DNA from: Roseovarius sp.
GTDB lineage: Bacteria; Pseudomonadota; Alphaproteobacteria; Rhodobacterales; Rhodobacteraceae
DNA: 40,281 nt
Assembly: GCA_047920895.1 (NCBI GenBank)
Contig: JBLRXE010000001.1
Coordinates: 1 to 40,281, forward strand
Direction: 5' to 3'
The notes under the pieces: generated by a model
What the model saw: the letters and a program-made list of their open reading frames with translations, nothing else
Database searches by the model: none
What the model was told of the DNA's origin: nothing
Part shown: one piece after another, positions 35,335 through 40,281 of the stretch
How positions within the stretch are numbered: the first letter of the stretch is position 1
How the letters are laid out: each line of letters opens with the position of its first letter
Program-made: the position numbers and the translations under genes

Positions 35335-35653
35335 CCTGCCCTCCAATCTGTTCATTCACGCGTTTGACCATGACGGCTTCGATCTCTGGCAGCAGTTCCA
35401 TGGCTGCGAGACCACTGATTCCAAGGGCGCCTGCCATGGCCAGCGCAGCGCCCATGTCCCAGCCGAGAATTGTCTGCTGCGTTGCCCGCAGCTGCCCGCC
35501 CAGCCGTCCGACCAGGTCCCAGACCTGCGCGCCCTCGAGCGTCTGGGGTCGGTTCATTTTTTGCGGGCAGTCCGGGCACGGGCCTTGGCAGGCTTGGCAG
35601 TAGCGATCGCCCCCGCTGAAGTGCCAGTCGGCAAGGGCGCGGAGACGTTTTTT
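35324..35653 (-). CDS. -1 frame extension of tail assembly chaperone (gpT-like)
   Basis: Frame open from slippery A AAA AAC (35653-35647) to the stop at 35324, overlapping the tape measure start; encodes 'RLRALADWHF...CQACQGPCPDC...QVWDLV'. Confidence 0.7.
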   Translation of the reverse strand, partial: KKRLRALADWHFSGGDRYCQACQGPCPDCPQKMNRPQTLEGAQVWDLVGRLGGQLRATQQTILGWDMGAALAMAGALGISGLAAMELLPEIEAVMVKRVNEQIGGQDGR

Positions 35654-35991
35654 TCCTGATCCAACACCAGTGCTTTGGCGACGTAGCCTGCCTGGAAGGC
35701 CTCGAAGATCGGATAGATGTCGAGCAAGGCGTCGATACCTTCGGGGGTGAGGTCCAGAACGTTGCCGGCCATGTCGCCCACGCCCTCCCATTCCACGACG
35801 GCGCGCCGCCCCAGCGCTTTGGCAAAGACCAGCGCGCGGTCCTCGTTGCTGGCGTCCTCGGTGAGCGCTTCGATGCTGGGATCGTTGCGGGTGGTCACCA
35901 TCAGCGCGGTGGTCAGCGGGAGCAGGCGCACGCGGACGCCGGGGGCGAGATCGAGCCAGCGCGGGTCGGTCGAGAGGTCAAGCTTCAGCAT
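35554..35991 (-). CDS. Tail assembly chaperone (gpG-like)
   Basis: Between tail tube and tape measure; 'WEGVGD' pattern; 'EKN' at the slippery site. Confidence 0.78.
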   Translation of the reverse strand: MLKLDLSTDPRWLDLAPGVRVRLLPLTTALMVTTRNDPSIEALTEDASNEDRALVFAKALGRRAVVEWEGVGDMAGNVLDLTPEGIDALLDIYPIFEAFQAGYVAKALVLDQEKNVSAPLPTGTSAGAIATAKPAKARARTARKK

Positions 35992-35993
35992 GA

Positions 35994-36935
35994 TCAATAG
36001 GCCTCCACGCCGTTGATGAGCGTGGCCGTGCACATGCGCCCGGTGACTGCGTCCTTGGCGGCCTGCCAATCAAAGGTGGCCTGCACGCCTTGCGGCCCGC
36101 CGATCTCGACGCGCGGACGCGGGAGATAGACGGAGTGCATGGTGAAGGTCAGGCTCTCGCCGGTGGGCAGGCTGTAGGCGAACTCAAGCGCGCAGGTCGT
36201 GCCGTTGATCGCCTGGTCCATCAGCGTGTTGTCGGCAAAGCGGACCTCCATGCTGCCCGAGAGCATTGCCATGGAGGGATCGGCCCCGTCGATCTTGCCG
36301 TCGGCGCGGATCGTCTCGATGCGGTCGAGGTTGTTGCCATAGGTAATCTGGGTCGAGACCACATTGCCCAGCGCTACCCCGTCGCGCTTGATCGCCCCGT
36401 TGAAGTGGCCAAACCGCTGCAGCGCGATCTCGGTCGGTGTGCCTGCGCCGGTGGCTGCCGCCGGGGTCTCGCCCTGAGCAATGAGGCTCACGGAGGCAGT
36501 CAGCAGGCCGGAGCGCGTCATCTGCCAAGACAGCTGATCCACCACGCAGCCAGCGTACATCGCGAAGCGCGGCACCTCTGGCATCCCGATTTCGATGGCG
36601 AGGCTTGGAAGGTCCCAGCTGCCCGAGCGGAACGCGTGGGTATAGGGAGCCTCGGCGCCGGTCGTGATTGGATCGCCGAATGTGGCTTTTAGCCAATAGC
36701 CGAACGCGCGCGCATCAATCGGAACCACCACGTCGCCATCGCTGGTCAGCGCGTCCTTGATTGGCGCGAGCGGATCCCGGCCGTAGCCGAGAAGTTCTGA
36801 CTCGAGCAGTGGTTGCTCCGCGCCAAGCGTTGCGCTGGCGAAGGGCATCTTGAAAAAACCGGTCTCGGGTGGGGTGCCATAATCGGCTTCAAACGCAAGC
36901 GCCATCTGCGCCCGCGCTCCTTGTGCGCGTGCCAT
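35994..36935 (-). CDS. Phage tail tube (major tail) protein
   Basis: 'MARAQGARAQMALAFE..YGT.P'; 313 aa beta-rich; canonical position. Confidence 0.85.
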   Translation of the reverse strand: MARAQGARAQMALAFEADYGTPPETGFFKMPFASATLGAEQPLLESELLGYGRDPLAPIKDALTSDGDVVVPIDARAFGYWLKATFGDPITTGAEAPYTHAFRSGSWDLPSLAIEIGMPEVPRFAMYAGCVVDQLSWQMTRSGLLTASVSLIAQGETPAAATGAGTPTEIALQRFGHFNGAIKRDGVALGNVVSTQITYGNNLDRIETIRADGKIDGADPSMAMLSGSMEVRFADNTLMDQAINGTTCALEFAYSLPTGESLTFTMHSVYLPRPRVEIGGPQGVQATFDWQAAKDAVTGRMCTATLINGVEAY

Positions 36936-36962
36936 TGTGTTCTCCTCAAATTGTGGGTTGGG

Positions 36963-37382
36963 TCAGGCCAGCGGGTCTGACTTTGAATAATGCAGCACCA
37001 CAGGGATCACCGCCGCCTTCAGGCTGGCCGCCCCCTCAACGGGCAGATCCACAGGCTGTGGCGCCTCCGCCTCAACCCAGTCACACCGCCCGCCCAGCGT
37101 GCGATCGGCACGAATGACAGCGCCAATCTGAGCGCAAAGGGCTGCAAAGGCAGAGTCGCGATCCGCGCCCTGCACGATGACTTCAAGCTCGGCGCGATGC
37201 TGGTAATGGTAGGCGAGCGGCGACAGTGTCACCGCAGGATCGCCGGGATCACCGTCACGTAGGATCATCAGGCCCGCTGGGGAGATGCGTTCCGGCAGGA
37301 TCTCGCCGCGCAGGACCGGCACATGAGGCACTGTGCGCAACAGGTCTGCTAAGGCGGTGAGGATGGGTTCGCGAGGGGTCAT
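36963..37382 (-). CDS. Putative tail terminator/completion protein
   Basis: 139 aa; 'REPILTAL', 'DRTLGG'; sits immediately upstream of the tail tube gene. Confidence 0.7.
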   Translation of the reverse strand: MTPREPILTALADLLRTVPHVPVLRGEILPERISPAGLMILRDGDPGDPAVTLSPLAYHYQHRAELEVIVQGADRDSAFAALCAQIGAVIRADRTLGGRCDWVEAEAPQPVDLPVEGAASLKAAVIPVVLHYSKSDPLA

Positions 37383-38011
37383 CCGATTTTACCCTCCACC
37401 CACTTCGCCACAATAGCGCCCGGTATCCTTTCCTGCGCGGCCTTCGCATCTCGCGCCAGATCCAGCCGTTTACGCAGCTTGACTTGCCGGACCAGCAGAA
37501 AGATCGGCACTGTGGTTAGCCCGCGCCCCGTCTTTGAGCGCGATGCAACACCAACCCCGCGTGCATTCAGCCGCCCTTCTGCCACGAGCAAGCTCGGTCC
37601 CAGCCTGCGATAGACAAACCGGAGCCGGAGCCCGCGGCGTCGTTCCCATTCACCCGGCGTGATCCGGCCGCCGCGCGCGCCCTTACCTGCAGCCTCTGTC
37701 GGGATCGCCAGCCAGAACCCGTCCTTGGAGCGGATCAACGGGCCAGTGTCATGGGCACCGATGATCACAGGCGCTTTCGACCATACCAGCGCTGCGGCAT
37801 CGATGCTCTCCCCGACTTTTGGATAGGTCTGGCTGCGGATCGAATTGCCCAGCCGTCGCCCAAGCCCGGCTTGTGTGATCTGGCCCCGCCAGTCGGATTT
37901 GAGCTGCGTGCCAGCCGCGCGCATGGCCGCTGTCACCGCCTTTTCCCCAGCCTTGATTTCTGCGGCCATGAGTGCAGCGAGGTTTGGGGTGATGGTTACA
38001 TTGAGTTTCAT
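37379..38011 (-). CDS. Phage neck/tail-completion protein (DUF6441-like)
   Basis: Basic 210 aa ORF coupled to both neighbours; 'WRGQITQAGLG.RL', 'FWLAIPT'. Confidence 0.7.
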   Translation of the reverse strand: MKLNVTITPNLAALMAAEIKAGEKAVTAAMRAAGTQLKSDWRGQITQAGLGRRLGNSIRSQTYPKVGESIDAAALVWSKAPVIIGAHDTGPLIRSKDGFWLAIPTEAAGKGARGGRITPGEWERRRGLRLRFVYRRLGPSLLVAEGRLNARGVGVASRSKTGRGLTTVPIFLLVRQVKLRKRLDLARDAKAAQERIPGAIVAKWVEGKIG

Positions 38012-38328
38012 GCGGGCCTCAAATCCACGGACCAGACCAGCCGCTCGCGGTCGCGTACCGGCTCGCCCTGAATAAGGAAGGCGTCGCCGTCGATCTCAAG
38101 GCGATCACCAGGACGCGGGGTCGCCACCTCGGCCACACGAAGGTCGATGCGGGTCGTCTCAGACCAGATGCGCGCGTCGCCAAAGCTGGCGATGTCATCC
38201 GCGCGGCGCGTAACCACGCGGACAAGTTGGGTCGGACCATCCTCCGCGATGTAGATCGCATCGCGGGCGATGTTGTTGTCCGCGAAGAGCGTGTCGATCA
38301 CTGCGGTAAACACCGACAAGCTGGCCAC
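38008..38328 (-). CDS. Head-tail joining protein
   Basis: 106 aa directly after the capsid gene; 'PRPGDRLEIDG..F.I.GEP.RD'. Confidence 0.78.
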   Translation of the reverse strand: MASLSVFTAVIDTLFADNNIARDAIYIAEDGPTQLVRVVTRRADDIASFGDARIWSETTRIDLRVAEVATPRPGDRLEIDGDAFLIQGEPVRDRERLVWSVDLRPA

Positions 38329-38331
38329 CCA

Positions 38332-39354
38332 TTAATTGCCACTGTGCAGGCGGATCGCCATGCGGGGGCGCTTGTTCACCGGCAGGATCGATGTTTCAGT
38401 CATCAGATCGATCCAGCGGCCTTTGGCATCAATCATTTGACGCGCATATAGCGGCAGGCCGATGGTATTGGCGGTCTCCAACAGATTGGCGGGCCCGCCA
38501 TAGGTCGTGAAGGTGTCGAAGGTGCCCAGCGGAAAGGCGATGCCCTCGCCAGCGGGGATTAACCGCTCTGAGGTGCCGTTCGAGAGCGTTACCGATCCAT
38601 TGTATTCCTCGAATAGAATGCCCGCAAAAGGAAAGGCCCGGCGCATGTCTTCACGCAGGGGCTGTCCACCGGTGGCAGAGAAGAACTTGTAGGCTTCCTC
38701 TGTCTTGGGGTGGCTGATCAGTTTGTCGAAGAATTCTGAGCTGACCAGCGCATGAGCGGTGGTCATGGTCTCGCCGAGCAGATTGTCCTCCATAGCGCGC
38801 AGCACGCTGCGCACCTTGCCCTGAACGTTTGTGCCAGCAGTCCCAAACACAAAGTCGATCGAGATCTTCTCGAGGCCAAACTCGGTGAAATAGTCGTAAA
38901 GCGTGGTGCCTGCGCCGTCCTTGACGATACCGCGCAGGGCATTCATCTCCATGTATTCGCGGGTCTGGGCATGTTTGCGGCGCATCAGCGTCAGCTTGCG
39001 GTTCATCACCTCGACCAGCGGATCAGCAGCATCCGAGAGGCCCAACGCAGGCATGCCCTGGATATCTGCGGGCAGGATCACGTCATCATGGGGGATCCAA
39101 GGCAGCGCAAAACTGCGCATTGAACGCTGCTCGCGATTGCCGACGGTGGCGGGGGCACCCAGTGGCACCGAGGGCAGCAGGCTCAGCACCCCTTCACGCT
39201 GTTCGATCACGATGGAGCGCTGCGATACGCCTTCAAAGCGAAACAGGCCGATCTGGCCGAGGCGCGTGTAGAGGTTGGGCAGGATGTTGATGGCCTGCGT
39301 CATATCTGCGAGCGAATAGCCGCCCGCGTCAAACGGGTTGCGGGTGAGGGTCAT
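38332..39354 (-). CDS. Major capsid protein (lambda gpE-like)
   Basis: 340 aa; 'TQAINILPN', 'TREYM.MNALRG', 'LISHP', C-terminal 'LPVNKRP'; follows the decoration protein. Confidence 0.9.
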   Translation of the reverse strand: MTLTRNPFDAGGYSLADMTQAINILPNLYTRLGQIGLFRFEGVSQRSIVIEQREGVLSLLPSVPLGAPATVGNREQRSMRSFALPWIPHDDVILPADIQGMPALGLSDAADPLVEVMNRKLTLMRRKHAQTREYMEMNALRGIVKDGAGTTLYDYFTEFGLEKISIDFVFGTAGTNVQGKVRSVLRAMEDNLLGETMTTAHALVSSEFFDKLISHPKTEEAYKFFSATGGQPLREDMRRAFPFAGILFEEYNGSVTLSNGTSERLIPAGEGIAFPLGTFDTFTTYGGPANLLETANTIGLPLYARQMIDAKGRWIDLMTETSILPVNKRPRMAIRLHSGN

Positions 39355-39410
39355 AGGGAAACTCCGGAGAAAAATGTCAGGGGGATGCTTGGCAGCTAAA
39401 GGTCGCCAGA

Positions 39411-39791
39411 TCAGGCGGTGTCGCGTGGGATGATGCCCAGCGCGGTCAATTGTCCGTGCTTTGTGGCAATCTTCGCGCCGTCATCGACGGTGGCATCAAA
39501 GACAAGCGCTGCTTTCGACACGATGGCCGGGCCGCGGACGAGAATGATGGCAGTGGCATCTGCCTCCGCGGCGTCGACCGCATAGAGCAGGACGGCTGCT
39601 GCGGTCTGTGCGCCATCCGTACCGCCTGAGGTCGCAAGCTTGTATTTGCCGCTGGCGGTGATCTTTCCGAGCACGGCGCCGACGGGATAGACGGCGCCCG
39701 CCAGCAGGGTGATGGTTTCGCGCGTGAAGTTGGGGTTCAGCTCATATTTGAGCATATCGCCCATGGTCGGCGGCTGGGTCAGGACGGTCAT
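39411..39791 (-). CDS. Head decoration protein (lambda gpD-like)
   Basis: 'TRETITL..G..YPVGAVLGKITASGKY...DGAQTAAAVL', 'LGII.R'. Confidence 0.88.
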   Translation of the reverse strand: MTVLTQPPTMGDMLKYELNPNFTRETITLLAGAVYPVGAVLGKITASGKYKLATSGGTDGAQTAAAVLLYAVDAAEADATAIILVRGPAIVSKAALVFDATVDDGAKIATKHGQLTALGIIPRDTA

Positions 39792-39816
39792 GTCGGGGAT
39801 CCTTGTGATCTGGGTG

Positions 39817-39855
39817 CAAAAAGAAATCCCCCGCCAGGGAGGATCGGCGGGGGAT
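39817..39855 (-). terminator. Intrinsic terminator-like hairpin between protease/scaffold and decoration genes
   Basis: Minus strand ATCCCCCGCC-10 nt-GGCGGGGGAT (perfect 10-bp stem) followed by TTCTTTTTG. Confidence 0.6.
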
Positions 39856-39888
39856 CAGGTGGCAGGGTTTTCAGGGGTGAGAGGGGTT

Positions 39889-40281
39889 TCAGCCCTTTGC
39901 ACCTGCAGAGGCCGTGCGTTTTGCGGCGGCCACGATCGGGCTTTCGGCGCTTTTGGGGATGACCGGCGATGGCGGCGCTGCGACGATATCGCGGGCATCC
40001 GCTGCGGCGCTGGCACGTTCCAGAACCAGGCGGCGCAGGACTTCGGGGGCTGTGCCGTCGCGCAGAGCTTTCGCCGCGTCTATCGCGATGCCAAGCCGTC
40101 CAGCTTGTGCTGCGATCTCGGCAATATCTGCGGCCTCGTTGCGCAGTTTTTCCGACAACTCTGCCAGATTGCCCGGCTGCGCTGTGTCCGAGACCGGCGG
40201 TGCGGGTGCCGCAGGGGGCGTGGCCGGGGCGGCAGGTTGATCATCACCGGCAGTGGAAAGACCATCCTGCGGAATTATTGC
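39889..40281 (-). CDS. C-terminal (scaffold-like) part of probable S49 head maturation protease; 5' end outside window
   Basis: Frame open from the window edge to the stop at 39889; Pro/Ala-rich linker then helical region ending 'ESPIVAAAK'; position upstream of gpD/gpE-like genes. The protease domain itself is not visible. Confidence 0.65.
   Translation of the reverse strand, partial: AIIPQDGLSTAGDDQPAAPATPPAAPAPPVSDTAQPGNLAELSEKLRNEAADIAEIAAQAGRLGIAIDAAKALRDGTAPEVLRRLVLERASAAADARDIVAAPPSPVIPKSAESPIVAAAKRTASAGAKG

Larger units (their letters stand above)
24968..40281 (-). mobile_element. Prophage morphogenesis region (siphovirus-like), runs off the right window edge, apparently truncated at the left end
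   Basis: Contiguous co-oriented head-neck-tail genes in canonical order. Confidence 0.92.

Noticed and set aside
36963-37382. 'Acyl-CoA transferase' label I recall for similar prophage proteins
   Set aside because: Too short, no CoA-transferase motif; position indicates a tail completion role.
24968-40281. Gene transfer agent cluster
   Set aside because: DUF2460/DUF2163 are GTA-like, but the head is lambda gpD/gpE-type and the tape measure is ~800 aa, unlike the HK97-type small-head, short-tail RcGTA.

Overview
GC-rich bacterial DNA, most likely alphaproteobacterial (Rhodobacterales-like; inferred from gene content), made up entirely of accessory or mobile DNA in three blocks. (1) 1-19851 is the right part of an integrative island. 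It carries a tyrosine integrase, a conserved hypothetical gene and a WYL regulator, then a ~15.7 kb LacI/LuxR-associated catabolic cluster: Liv-type ABC importer, M20 carbamoylase-like hydrolase, two SDRs (one catalytically degenerate), PuuE/PgdA-like hydrolase, Rieske oxygenase with a frameshifted PDR/VanB reductase, DUF1989 protein, ureohydrolase and nitrilase-family amidase. The block ends at a 3' half of tRNA-Met(CAT) flanked by arm-like repeats (att site). (2) 20262-24840 is a surface-polysaccharide modification cassette (CE4 deacetylase, GNAT, GT4, YdcF/DUF218) plus a HigBA toxin-antitoxin pair. (3) 24968-40281 (minus strand) is the morphogenesis operon of a siphovirus-type prophage with a lambda-like head and GTA-like Dit/hub genes, apparently truncated just after the hub gene. 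Between Dit (DUF2460) and hub (DUF2163) sits an unusual, mostly translationally coupled five-gene cassette: beta-helix-like protein, small partner, DUF285 repeat protein with variable loops, DUF4376 protein and a heme-oxygenase-like protein. The best candidates for undescribed biology are this tail cassette and the nitrogen-compound catabolic cluster. All family calls come from motif recognition by eye; no searches were run.
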